Positions 49,705-62,362 of a stretch of DNA of 64,000 bases are shown here, in pieces. Positions within the stretch are counted from its first letter, which is position 1. Every line of letters begins with the position of its first letter. The notes below the pieces were generated by a model. It was not told the origin of the DNA and did not search any database. It saw only the letters and a list, made by a program, of their open reading frames with translations. Source of the stretch: Nemertoderma westbladi (Eukaryota > Animalia > Xenacoelomorpha); assembly GCA_032718475.1 (NCBI GenBank), contig JAUCBJ010009100.1, positions 62,001 through 126,000 on the forward strand, read 5' to 3'. The position numbers and the translations under genes are program-made.

Positions 49705-52143
49705 TTACGTAATTCGCCGTGCCTCTAGGAACCACTCTCCATCACAGAACTCCTCTTTATACGAGTATAATCGTCTAATGACTTCAAATGGACCGAATAA
49801 TCCGGCGCTCAGTAGCAGATCCACGTAATGGAAAGGTAGCGTGGCCGACGTGTGGAGGCGTTCCGGGAAGGAGAAATACCCGCACGCCATCTCCTGCGCG
49901 ATATTCCGAGCGTTTCTCCGAACCTTGGTCTTTAAGTGGCTGTTTGCGTATGTTTCAAACATGACCATATTTCCCATAGCGGTAACGTCTTTGGTTGGAC
50001 ATTTGATATAGCAGCGGGGGCTAGAGGAATGTCCACGGAAACCGCACGTGGTGCAGAGGTTATATAGGATCGGACAGACGGAAACGTTGTGGCCCGAAGT
50101 CGCGCAGTATGGGCAATAGAGTATCCCGAGGAGCTGGAGGCATGAATCGGTAACCCGATTCCTTCTGCCGCGTGGGCACTGCTCCGAGCCGCAGTTGCCG
50201 CAATCTTCCAATTGCATCTCTCGACCGGGGAATATCGGAATCGGGCAGCCGACGTAGTATTCGAGTCGTCGGTCGCTCTTCGGAATATTCTCGGTGGTCG
50301 GTAGCCCGCGGAATGCTAGGCTTTTGCGTAGTAGGTTCTCGCTCCGATAACCTTCTTTGTGTCCCGCTGGTCTCAACTCGGATGACCGTTTCTGGCGGTG
50401 GATCCATTCAGTTTGCTCGGCGTACCAACGGGTTAGTCGCATAGGGTCCTGAGGAACGGCGGGTGTAGTAGCCACCGCTGGTCGGCGAAGAGGTGCCGGG
50501 GTTTTAGACGGAGGGATACCGAGGAGATCGTCGGGGGTCAGCGCATCGCTGGGGCCCTCCTCGACCAGTATCGCTGAGCGGGTCCGTTGGTGGCTGGTAC
50601 TCGGAATCTCCGACGACCAATCTTCGCCACCCGGGAAAGGATACGGGGATAACCGTTGGCATATGTTGCCGAAGTCGCTCAATGCAGCTGTAGTGGCTAC
50701 CTCCCTCGCGGGGCTACCGGAGCCGCGTGGGGTGTAAACGCCTGCTCTCTTCATCGGTTCGGCCGAGGCAACCCGTTTGGCGGCCGGTCCATACGCGGCC
50801 TCCGGCTCGAGTTGTCGCTTCGGGGTGGAGAGTAGAACACCCTCGTTTAGCCATATCTCTTCCCCTTCCGAAGAGATCAGAGGCTCCTCCGCACCGAGAA
50901 GTTCGGTAATCGTAGGGATGTCATAAGGTCCGCTCTCGTCCCAGGAATCGATAACGGCGAGCGTTTTAGTCTCTCCCGGTGCGATGTTCTCGACCGCTTT
51001 GAACGCGTGGTGTATGACCTCGTTCCAGTCGTAGTCGACGAAGGAAAGGGGGACCGCCGTAATAAGGTTATCGAGAGTTCTACAGATAAACTTAGCGACG
51101 GTGTAGCATTCCATAACGACGTAAACGTAGTTCCGTCGATCGGGATTCTCCCATCTTTGGTGTATCGTCCACTTCCGATCAACGTCCTTCCATCGACCCT
51201 CTCGCTCGCTCTTTATTTCTAATCCCGGGTATCCACCGTATATTTTATTATAGTCCCGGAATTTCTGGGGTTTGAAGTCGATACCGCCGTTTAGCACAGC
51301 GAGGTAGCCGATCCCGGATTTCGTCGGTCTCACCTCTTGGAATCCTCGCATGAACTCGGCGAATCGTAACCAGGCTAGTAGCGTTTGAGTGTCGATGCAA
51401 TGGCTAAGGGCGTTGAGGTCGTCTCGTCGGTTTCTTCCTGCAGGGGCGTTCGGGTAGTCGTTCCGGACGTCAGCCTTGATATCCGACCCGATTTTAATGA
51501 CGTCGAAGTCGAAGAGGATCTTTTGGATTTCCGGAGGCAGCAACCAGATCGCTCCGGCTGCCTGCACTTCCTGTCTGGGTGTCGGGAATATTCGGCACAC
51601 CAGTACCAAACCGTCCAGGGTTCCGAGGACGACGACTAAGGATCGACCGTATTCTTTCGCCCCGTACTTTTCCTGGTAGTCGTCTCGGTTCTGGATAATC
51701 GATACGCGTTCCTCTCGAAGCGTCGCCGTACACTCCGACAGGTTTCCCCAGTGGGCGAGGTACGTACTCTTGTTGTCGACGAAACTTTGACATCTCGCCA
51801 ACGTAATCGCTTTCGAGGTGGGCGTCGCGTTTCCCTCGTTGTCGTAGATCAAACATCGGGATCTGTAGACGCTCTGCCAGAACGTTTCCCAAAACGACGA
51901 ATCGTCCCCTCCGGTTGCCTTTGCGTTCCGAGTTCTTTTCAGTCTCGTACTAGCATCGGCTAACCGGAGGGCTCGTAGATTCTTAGAATCCGGTCCCTCT
52001 CGCCCGGTGAATTTAATGACTCGCACGTTCTCATTTAGCAGGGTGCTCCAATTTGTATCAAAGTCAGGGGATCCGGGTTGCGAATATTCCAGTAGATCTA
52101 TCATGTTACGTAATTCGCCGATAATTTGGCGATTTGGGTCCAT
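49705..52143 (-). CDS. ORF3, upstream duplicate (812 aa, C-terminally truncated by the duplication junction)
   Basis: Native start MDPNRQ. Nearly identical to 47142-49703 with a 2401-bp period. Confidence 0.85.
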   Translation of the reverse strand: MDPNRQIIGELRNMIDLLEYSQPGSPDFDTNWSTLLNENVRVIKFTGREGPDSKNLRALRLADASTRLKRTRNAKATGGDDSSFWETFWQSVYRSRCLIYDNEGNATPTSKAITLARCQSFVDNKSTYLAHWGNLSECTATLREERVSIIQNRDDYQEKYGAKEYGRSLVVVLGTLDGLVLVCRIFPTPRQEVQAAGAIWLLPPEIQKILFDFDVIKIGSDIKADVRNDYPNAPAGRNRRDDLNALSHCIDTQTLLAWLRFAEFMRGFQEVRPTKSGIGYLAVLNGGIDFKPQKFRDYNKIYGGYPGLEIKSEREGRWKDVDRKWTIHQRWENPDRRNYVYVVMECYTVAKFICRTLDNLITAVPLSFVDYDWNEVIHHAFKAVENIAPGETKTLAVIDSWDESGPYDIPTITELLGAEEPLISSEGEEIWLNEGVLLSTPKRQLEPEAAYGPAAKRVASAEPMKRAGVYTPRGSGSPAREVATTAALSDFGNICQRLSPYPFPGGEDWSSEIPSTSHQRTRSAILVEEGPSDALTPDDLLGIPPSKTPAPLRRPAVATTPAVPQDPMRLTRWYAEQTEWIHRQKRSSELRPAGHKEGYRSENLLRKSLAFRGLPTTENIPKSDRRLEYYVGCPIPIFPGREMQLEDCGNCGSEQCPRGRRNRVTDSCLQLLGILYCPYCATSGHNVSVCPILYNLCTTCGFRGHSSSPRCYIKCPTKDVTAMGNMVMFETYANSHLKTKVRRNARNIAQEMACGYFSFPERLHTSATLPFHYVDLLLSAGLFGPFEVIRRLYSYKEEFCDGEWFLEARRIT

Positions 52144-52689
52144 ATTTACGATTATATCCGTTACAAATTAGATCAGTTAATTATAAGTCCAGAAAGTCTG
52201 AAACTATAGCGATAGCAGAATAATTCAGTTTTTTATTTAATTCAGTTTATTAATAACATTGCTATATAGGCATCTATCATCTTATTGCTAATACATTCAG
52301 CATTTACAGTTACTATAACTATATATTAATATCCAACCAGTTTTTTATGTCTTTTTTGTCCTTTCTTTTTTCCAATTCTTTTCTTTAGACCTTTTTTTAC
52401 CTTTTTTTTTGTCTTTTTTCATTTCATTATTATTTCATCTCATTTCATTTATTTCCACATATTTCAACATTTAGTTCCACCATTTATTTCACATTTATTT
52501 ATTTCCACATCATCATTGGGTTTATAGCCCCCTGGCTATCATCATTTGTTATAAGCGCAGCACCACGGTGCGCATCATTTCATTTTCATCATCATACGCG
52601 TCATCATTCAGGTTTATAGTAGAGTTGTCTGATCCTTTTCATCGTTTCCAACTATATTCAATCATTTTCTTTGGTTAATCTTTGTCGTG

Positions 52690-53112
52690 GAAGGGGTGTT
52701 ACGCGGCAATCTGGGATCTACAGCTGGACTCGTTACACCGCCTACGCCCCAAACTGCGCACGTAACAGACAATGAAGACGCTAGGAGTGAAGTCACGTGG
52801 ATGCACCAGGGACCCACCAGAATAACACTCCAAACAACATAAAGCTCAGTCGACGAAGTCATGTGGGATGGGGTTACGCAACATTCTGGGATCTACAGCT
52901 GGACTCGTTACACCGCCTACGCCCCAAAATCCACGTAACGGTCCCACCAGAATAACGCGACTGAGAAACATAAAACCCTCTATCGTCGAAGTCATGTGGA
53001 TGCACCATGGACCCATCAGAATAACGGGATAGAGGGGGTGTTGCGCGGCAATCCGGGATCTACAGCTGGACTCGTTACACCGCCTACGCCCCGAACTGCG
53101 CACGCAACGGAC
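52690..53112. repeat. Three ~170-bp repeats between pol and ORF3, copy 2
   Basis: GGGATCTACAGCTGGACTCGTTACACCGCCTACGCCCC x3. Confidence 0.9.
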
Positions 53113-53388
53113 AACATAACATACTGCAATGAATACAATGAATTCCACTTCAAATCTTTTCCATTTCCAATAATCCAATATCGTTGGTCCCAATGACCAA
53201 AATCAGGGTAAACAATACATAAACGACCCTGCGTCAGTCGAAACATCTGCAGGGTGATGCTGGACTCCACATAACACACGAGGAAACACAAATACCATTG
53301 TGTGGTTACAGTTGGTTTAAGGGGGGTCCATAACTCATTGTCGATAAATCACAGTTTTATAAGAGTTTGTCAACATGATGAGAAGGGT

Positions 53389-56300
53389 TTACACGGATTT
53401 GTCATTGTCACCGATGTCCACAGCAGGATCTTGAGTAGGGATCTTATCACCTCTCGTAGAATCACCGCTATCATTGCCTTCAAGAAGGCACAGCCTCTGG
53501 ATAGGGCGTTGGTAGTGGCCTGAATTCGTTCGTATTGTCACAGTCCTCGCAAGTCCGTCTTTGCTTGGGTGTATGGTCACGACCCGCGCCACAGGCCAGT
53601 GAACGCGGTCTTTGAGATCTTCTTTAACTAGTACCATGTCGCCAACTGCGACGTTCCGGTAGGTGTTGTTCCATTTCCTCCTGGTCCAGAGGGTTATGAG
53701 GTACTCCTGGGCCCAAATTCTCCACCAATGCGCTGCCAACGCTTGGGCCTTTTTCCAGTTTGTATGTTTCGCGATCTCGTTGGGATCCGGGAACATGGTT
53801 TCCGGGAGGACGTGGGTTTTGGGTCTCCCCAGTAAGTGGTTAGGAGTGAGGGGCTCCAGGTCTGTGGGGTCGTCGCGGATAGGAACAATGGGTCGGTTGT
53901 TCAGGGTAGCCGTGATCTCGCAGAATGTTGTGCGGAGGGTGTCATGGGTTACCCGGGTATCGCCTAGAGCGACGCGCATGGATCGTTTCACTAGGTCGAT
54001 CAGTTTCTCCCATACCCCGCTCATATGGGGTGCTAAGGGGGTCTGGAAGTGCCACTGTATCTGGTGTTCCTTCCAGACTTGGGATGCGGTGTTATCGGTA
54101 AACCATCCCTCGATCGCCTCTCTAAGTTCTCTTTCTCCTCCCACAAAGTTTGTACCATTATCGGAATACATGTGGCAGCATGTCCCGTTGTTCGCCACGA
54201 ACCGACGCAGAGCGTTGATGAATGCGTGTTGTGTCAGATTTACCACAATATCTAGGTAAATTGCCCTAGACCTTAGGCAGGTGAAGATGGCTCCCCAGCA
54301 TTTGATGTTGGATCGTCGTTCAATAACCGTGAACGGTCCGAAACAGTCCACTCCGGTGACGTAGAATGGTGGGGAATCCGCTTGTAGACGGGTGGCTGGT
54401 AAGTCGGCCATCTTTTGGGTGATTGGTGGCGCTAGGTAACGTCTGCAGGTGAAGCAACGTTTCAACACTTTCCGGATCAGTGGCTGGATGTGGGTGATCC
54501 AATATCTTTGTCTTATATTAGCTATAATCCAATTCTGTCCTGCGTGGTGGTTGTCCTCGTGACATTGTAGAATTAATAGCTTAGCTAGTGTCGACGTTCC
54601 GGGCAGAAGCGCCGGGTATTTAACCTCATATTCGACCGGGGCGTTTGCCATCCGGGTATTCAGTCGGATCAGTCCGTCCTCTCCCATCATTGGTCTCAGT
54701 TGGTAGACTGGGCTGTCCGGTTTCAACGTTTTGCCCGCACTAAGTTGTTCCCATTCATCGGGGAAACTTTCTTTCTGGACATATCTAACAATACACTTCT
54801 CCGCGATAATGAGTTCTTGTATATTCCGTTGAACTATCGGTTTGTTGTTTTTCCACCGTAGGAAGTTGCGAAGGGTTATAACGTGGTGGACGAGCCGTCT
54901 CATGGATGAAGTTCGCTCGATCAACCGATGTAAAGACGCCGCTAGTTGAGTGATCGTCGCGACGTTATAGTGCCTGCCCGAGTCCTTTGCAGGCTCAGTC
55001 AGACAACTATAAATTTCCACCGCGTTGCTTCGATGGATTTTACGGATCTCTTTATCGTCCTCGGAGTATTTTCCGCTATCGAGCTCGGGGTCGAATCGGG
55101 TACTCCATGTTAATTGTAGCTGCCGTAGGAATTCCGGGCCTGTAAGCCAGAGTTTACTTTTACCGAGTTGTTTTGGGGTGGCGCCTCGGCTTGATAAGTC
55201 CGCTGGGTTTTCCTTCCCGTTCACGTGATGCCACTGTTCTCGGCCGGTACACTGTTTAATCTCCGTGGCTCGGTTTGCAACAAACGTGGTGTGACGCCGT
55301 GATGGAGAGTGGAGATAATAGAGAACTATACTCGAATCTACCCAGAAGTGTTGAGATTCTATGGGGATCCGTAGATTCCGCATGACCATGCGATTCTGTC
55401 TTACTGCCCAAACTGCAGCTTGTAGCTCGAGTCTCGGAATCGTTGCTACGAATTCCCCGGATACTGTCTTTGCTTTGGAGAATAAGAAGCTTGTATCGCC
55501 GTTTCCATCGTTACTTAGTCTCCGTAAGAAGGTGACTACACCGATTCCGGTATTCGAAGCATCCGAAAAGGTGTGGAGCTGGAAGATATCGGTGGGCAGT
55601 TTATCGAGGAAGAACGGTCTAGGTATCCGCATAAGATGTAGGTGTTCGAGCTGCTCCGTCCATTTTCTCCATTTGACGCTGAGGTATGGGGGGAGCTCTT
55701 CGTCCCATCCCAGTCCTTCTATCCACATTTCCTTAATCAGGTTCATTCCGGCCAAGGTTACTGGAGATATGAAATTTAGTGGGTCGAAGATGGTGCTTTT
55801 TATCGACAAACATCACCTTTTTGTCATAGGCTTGGGTAGGGGTTTATATTTGAAGATGAATTCATCTGATTCTATGTCCCATTCAATCCCGAGTACACGA
55901 TGTTCCACATCCTCCGAATACATCTTGTTATTTTCCAGCCGGATGTCCTCCGGAAACTTTTCCATAAGTGTTTTGTCGTGGGATCTGAACTTCACGAGCG
56001 GAAACCCTCCTTTCTTTAGACATTCTACCATCCCCATTGCTAGCCGATATGCCTCATCCACATTATCCGCGCCGGCGCATCCGTCGTCCACGTAGAAGCA
56101 TCGTCGAATGGTTTCTATGACGGTTGGAGGGAACTCGTTTTCGCACATAGTTGCCATCCTCTTTAGCATGTCACTGCATGCTACCGGCGAGTCCTTAGCG
56201 CCGAAGATCCTGACGACCATACGCATTACGTCTACGTCCTTTATCGTGAGTTGGCTAATCTCCTGTTGAGTAAGCGTTTTATCCGTCCATAGGATACGTA

Positions 56301-59300
56301 GACAGTCCGAGTCTCTTGGTAACGTACGAACTTGATGAAACATGGCCTTGATGTCACAGGTGAATGCTACCCGGTTTTCCCTGAACCTGATCAATATGCC
56401 GATGAGTGTACTATATATGTTGGGTCCCGTGTAAAGCTGACTGTTTAGGGATTCGCCCTGGTACATAGCGGCAGCATCATTTACCACTCGGATTTTCCCA
56501 CCTTTGCGGGCTTCTACTACATAGTGGGTTGGGAGATAATATGTTCTTTTACCACCTTGCAGTTCATTCCGTGGTACCATTTCTGCTAATCCGTCATCGA
56601 GATATCCTTGGATTACGGTATTATATTTCTCCTTTATCTCGGGTTGGTCATTCAGTCGGCGTAGAATCCCTTTAAGTCGCCTAAGTGCCATGCTGGCGTT
56701 GTTTGCCATTGGTTTGTTTGGGTCCTTCCATAACATAGGTGAACACCAGTGTCCGTCTTTAAACGTGGCCTGGTCGAGAACGTCCATACAATATTGGTCC
56801 TCTTTGGATGGGTTTTCGTCCTTTTCCGCGAACTCCTGGGTCTCCAAATTAAAATATTTCGTCATCTCTCGTTGGGTTTTCTCGGTTTCCAGAAACAAAT
56901 CTTCGTCAAGATCCGAAGCTGAGCAATAACCCACAGAGGTTACGTTCTCTTTAATCTGACATTTAGGAAGGTAGGTATAGGTGTCCGTAGTTTCCTCCTT
57001 AATGCCGCAGAGTGTCCATCCCATTATTGTTCGTTCAGCATAAAATCCGTCATCCTGGTTTATAGATCGGGCGATATCTCCAGTGGGGATGTGTAGTTCC
57101 GGTGTATCAAGTCCGATCAGTAGGGTGATACGGTTTACGTCCAACTGCGGACACCTCAGGTCTACATCGTCTCGGTCCAATTGTATGAGGGGGGCGTACT
57201 CGGCTGATTGTCGGAACCGCACCCGGAGGTCTGTGTGTACCAAGGCGTTCTTGATGGTTAACTTAGCCGTTTCGTAGCCCTTCATCACTCCTTCCATCTG
57301 GAGTTGAACCTCCCCGGACTCTACCTCTCTGTTATCGGTGATGGTTTGTATGGGCCGTTTACAAGGTTCATATTCTAGGCCGAGTTGCTCGAGGAAATCC
57401 CGGTCGATGATGGTTCCGTCAGACCCGTTATCAAGGAACGCGAGCGTCGTCAGGGATTTGCCGACTCCCTGGATCCTTACCGGGATTACCTTTGCGAAGA
57501 CCATGTAGCGGCGATTTATAAGATTAATTGTGGCTGAAATGTTGGTTACTTGTGGTTTATCGGTGGAGATTTTAAACGGATTGGTTTCTCTCCGTTGGGT
57601 AATCCGGGTTCCTTTCGAAACGTGGTTCGTTTCTCCTCTTCGCTTTGTTTCAATCCGAAAGGGGAGGGTATTGCAGTCAAAGTTCGCGGGGATGTGGAGG
57701 AGCGTGTGATGACGTAGGTCGTTACAAACCGCACAACACGACCTTTGGTCGCAGTCCCGAACATATTGACCTGTTCCAAGACACCGGAAGCATCCTCGGT
57801 GTTTCATAATCGCTTCGAAGCGTGGGACGAGTTCGGCAAACTGGAACTTCCTGCAGAATTCAACTTTATGTTTCTCTCCACAGTAGAGACAGAGAAGGGA
57901 GTTTGTGATGCCTTCCCTCTCGGGTGCCCAATTCGCGAGATAACATGCCCATTCCTCGGCTAATGTCGGTTCCTTGTGGTCTTCGTCGTCGGAATCCTCT
58001 GCCATGGTGATGGCCATCGTACTCACTGGAGGAGGGCGGAATCTCGGTTTCTGAGTGGGTGTCTTACTCCTGGGGTTGCTCTCTATTCCGTCCAACTTGG
58101 CGAGACTCTGTTTCGAGAATATCGAATCATTCATGGCTTCGGAGATATCGTCCAGGAATGCCGACATTTCAAGGAAGCTGGGATCTCGATCCGGATGTCT
58201 GCGCCGGAGATCTACGCATTTATAGGCCCACTTACTTTGTAGCCATCCGGGGAACTTCCGGGCGATCTGTCGGAGATTTAGAATGTTGTTCACCTGGTCC
58301 TCCTTATTTAAGGGTTTCAGAGTGTAGTAGGCATCCTTCATAGAGTCGGAGAATTCCTGGATGTTCTGTGGGTCCCCTAGTGATCCTGCGTCCTGTATCA
58401 GTCTCTCCAGAGTTTTATTAATTATAGTTCCGGTATTTCCGTATCTTTTATCTAGAGTTTTCCATGCGTCGTAGTATGCCTCATGAGAACCTCCCTCAAA
58501 ACATGCGATGATTCGGCGTGGTTTGTCGCCCAGGTATTGCGATAAATATACCAGTTTCTGTGCGTCGGCTATGTCCGTTGATCCAATCTGCGCAAAGAAC
58601 CGTTTCTTGAATCTGAGGTAATCGACGGGATCTCCTTCGAAGGTGCGGATCTCCATCTTAGGCATGGAGAGGCGGTTTTCCAACGTCCGGATAATGCCGA
58701 CGTCATCTGAACTGGAATGACTCGGAGGGTTATAGTTATTGGCACTCTCTCCCATACTTGATGGATCAATGATAGGTGGAGTTTTAATGATGACACGACT
58801 ACGGGTTTGTGGTGTGGATGTAAATGGGTTGTTGGATCGGGGAGTGGCGTCCCGTTCCGAGTCCCTTTCAGGCTCGTACTTGGGTACACTCGTTGCCGTG
58901 GGGTTGGATGGGAAATACGGTTCCTCATTCTTTAGCGTAGCCAGTGGGGGATGGAACACCGGTGCTTGTGCCGATAACGTAGACTGTTTGGTAGGCGGGA
59001 TCTCGGGTTTCGGAAGTTTCGCCGCTGTTGGTATAAATGACTTTTCTAATTCCGGTACCAGGATTGGTTCATATTCCTGATCTATATCCCTTACCCAGTC
59101 CTCGTAGAGTTGAATATCTCGTTCTATAAGTGCGGCTTCGTATTCCGCGAGTTTTGCAATATCCGCATTCTTTTTGTGGATGAGAATCGCTTGGGCCTCG
59201 GCGTGTTGTTTACGCATTTCTGCTTCCCATTTACGTTGTTCGATCTCTCGTTCGGCCTCTCGTCCACATTGTTCAGCCTCCTGTTTGCGTTGTTCAGCCT

Positions 59301-60213
59301 GCCGCTCGGCCTCTCGTCTATGTTGTTCCGCCTCCTGTTCGCGTTGTTCGGCCTCCTGCTTGCGTTGTTCAGCCTGCCGTTCAGCCTCTCGTTCACGTTG
59401 TTCGGCCTCCTGCTTGCGTTGTTCAGCCTGCCGTTCGGCCTCTCGTTCACGTTGTTTAACCTCCTGTTTGCGGTGTTCGGCCTCCTGTTTGCGTTGTTCA
59501 GCCTGCTGTTCGGCCTCTCGTCTATGTTGTTCCGCCTCCTGTTCGCGTTGTTCAGCCTGCCGTTCGGCTGCTTGTTCGGCCTCTCGCTTTTGTGTTTCGG
59601 CGGCTAATACATCTTGCTCGGCTTGCAGTTGAATATCTTCCATCCGAGCTTTTAGGGCTAATGCCTTCCATTCTCGCAGTTGGTCTCGGAGTGGCGGCCC
59701 CCTTGAGAACTGCGCGCTGAGCCGGATATCTCGCTCCTAGCGCTGGAGTGCTGATTTCTAGCGGACCCCATTCTCTTTCGATGTACTGCTGTCCTGATGC
59801 TGGAGGATCGCACTGATTCCGCGTCTGTTCTTTCAGCTCTCTTGTAGTACTGTTCTTCATAGCCTCTCACAAGGCTGAGGGTCCTCCAGTGTTGTTTGCG
59901 GAACCCATCTAGATGTACAACGTGTTCTTCTAACTTGGGGTAGTTTTCTTGATCAGTGGAGGGAATTAGCTCTTGGTACGCCTGTATCATTCTTTCGTAC
60001 CGCTGTAGGATATTTCGGATACTTTGAAGCTGAGTTTGTATCTCGTTGAGGGGGGTTTTGATTCCCTTGAGTTGTTTCTCTATCCGTTGATACTACTCCG
60101 CCTTTGAGAGCCCCTAGCCGACGGGTCATGTTTTTGACGTTTGGTACCTCGTCGGCTTCCGAGTCTGTGTGGTGATCCATTTCGTCGGTATCGGATACGT
60201 TATTGGTCGTCAT
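53389..60213 (-). pseudogene. gag-pol: BEL/Pao Gag-Pol polyprotein, copy 2, with frameshifts near 60093 and 59698 and a stop at 55813-5
   Basis: Same motifs as copy 1 (LDNGS, YVDD, FSDAS, FWVDS, SDNGTNF). Track ORFs 55813-59643 and 53389-55809 are in frame across one TGA. Confidence 0.95.
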
Positions 60214-60401
60214 TGTAGCGCCTCGTCGATAGCTAGATGCGCGATGTCATAAAACAGTTCCTCGTAGGTATTGTACTCAGCTTGGACCACCCGAACGGTA
60301 ATCCTGAATCGTCCGACGTTCGTTCCTTGTACTTCAACTTCGACGTGCCAGATTCCTGGCTCAACTTGGATTATATCAATGGGTGTGATCGATACTTCCA
60401 T
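60210..60401 (-). CDS. 63-aa upstream ORF, copy 2
   Basis: Homologue of 17054-17245 with the same ATGA overlap. Confidence 0.5.
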   Translation of the reverse strand: MEVSITPIDIIQVEPGIWHVEVEVQGTNVGRFRITVRVVQAEYNTYEELFYDIAHLAIDEALQ

Positions 60402-60461
60402 TCCCTGTTAACAACTCTCCAAATATGTGATCTGCCGACTACGAGTTGGTTAGATCGAGTT

Positions 60462-62362
60462 TGTTGATTAATAAAACCACGACTTCGTCTTAACTCAAAT
60501 ACCAGAGTTTCCTCGTAGTGGGTGCTGGCAAGCACGTAGAGAGTTTTGAAAAGTATTGAAGGACTCTCAACTTCCACCAGTTGAAGTTGGCCGCGTTTTA
60601 CTCTCAATTTTGACACCCTGTCAAAATTGACCGTAATTATTCTCAATTTTGTTGCCGTTATCCCTACACCAGGGAGGAAAAACGCCGATGCTGGATACGT
60701 AACTTTACAGACCACAGAGTCCCGGCCAGTCACTGGATATTGAATTTGGAGAAGGAGGAATTTCTTAAATGCAGGATTGCGGTTGAGGAAAAGTCGCATT
60801 GGTTGGATATACTCTTTAATGTAACTTCCTACAGTTGAAACCTGATTGAGAATAATTTTGGGCTTCCCAAAATCAATATACACCAAATATTCACAATAAT
60901 TATACACGACAATATAAGTCCCTACAGTATATTATTTAATTACCCACTGTTCGCTCAGATTTTAGTCTACCCAATGTTCCCCAGATTTTAGCCTACCTAA
61001 TGTTCCCCAGTCCTGGTCTTAGTGCCGTAGTGTCGGTGTCGGTCGACCCTGTCGCGTGTCCATTCCACCCCTCCCGAACCCCGAAGGGATCGATCATCGA
61101 GAACCAGCACGGCTTGGCTAGGAGTCTGTCGTGTCGGTGGACCCGTTCGCGCATCCGTCCCACCCCTCCCGAACCCCGAAGGGTTCGATCATCGAGAACC
61201 AGTACGGCTTAGCTAAGGGTCCGTCAGTTCATCGCAGAGACCCGACCACCTAGGCTTTCCGAGTCCTTATTCAGGCTCGTAGTCGCTTCGGCAGCCGAGA
61301 AACTGCTCCGAACAGTCGGTAGGCCAGTAGCATCCAGTCCTTTGTCTTTCGACCCCGTCGCATGTCCGTCCCACCCCTCACAAACCCCAAAGGGAACAAT
61401 CATCGAGAACCAGTACGGCTTAGCTCAGGGGTCTGTCGTCGGTTCCCGTCGCAAATCCCTGGTACAAGCAGCCGGCGTTCCGATGTCCTTTTCAGGCTCG
61501 TAATAACTGCTGTTGACCAGAGACCGCTAAGGGCAGTCCTCGTCAAACCCTTCCTCTGTAAGTCGGCCGCCGTTTCGCATGTCCATCCCACCCCTCGCGA
61601 ACCCCGAAGGGATCGGTCATCAAGAACCAGTACGGCTTAGGTAAGGGGGCTGTCGTTGCCCGTCGCGAATCCCTGACACAAGCAGTCAGCATTCCGAGTT
61701 CTTTTCAGTCTCGTAATAGCTGCCGTTGACCAGAGACCGCTAAGGGCAGTCCTCGTCAAACCCGTCTTGGCCAGCCCTTTCGCATGTCCGTCCCACCCCT
61801 CACAAACCCCGAAGGGATCGGTCATCGAGAACCAGTACGGCTTAGCTCAGGGGGCAGTCGTTAGTCGGCCACCCTTTCGCATGTCCGTCCCACCCCTCGC
61901 GAACCCCGAAGGGATCGGTCATCAAGAACCAGTACGGCTTAGCTAAGGGGGCTGTCGTTTCCCGTCGCGAATCCCTGACACAAGCAGTCAGCGTTCCGAG
62001 TTCTTTTCAGTCTCGTAATAACTGCTGTTGGCCAGGGACCACTAAGGGCAGTCCTTGTCCTTTAGGCCTGGCGCATTACCAAATCCACCCCTACAGGCAG
62101 CAGGAAGTTGGCCAGGGCCTAATAGTACTCAGGCTAACCTGAATACTGCTTAACTTTGCCTCCCACCCCTGGCCCTTATAACTATGAAATTATTCCCGTA
62201 CCCTGTAAGTTGCCCCAAAGTTCGCCCATAAATCGCCCCCAGTTTATTGAATGTGCCCAAAACCCATGGTCCCGCACCCAGTAATAATATCGGAATAATC
62301 AATTTTAAATAAATACAAAAAATATTCAACTCGCATTATGAAAAGTTGAAATACCGCGAACA
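60462..62362 (-). repeat. 5' LTR of copy 2 (type B) with hairpin array at ~61040-62050; inner end 60462 or 60650
   Basis: Matches 28214-29778 in reverse complement. Confidence 0.8.

Larger units (their letters stand above)
45814..62362 (-). mobile_element. BEL/Pao LTR retrotransposon copy 2, with tandemly duplicated exonuclease ORF; 3' LTR truncated
   Basis: Reverse-complement homologue of copy 1. LTR starts (CCGCGAACA on +) end at 62362 and 46976. PPT complement GTCCCCCCC at 46977. Confidence 0.95.
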
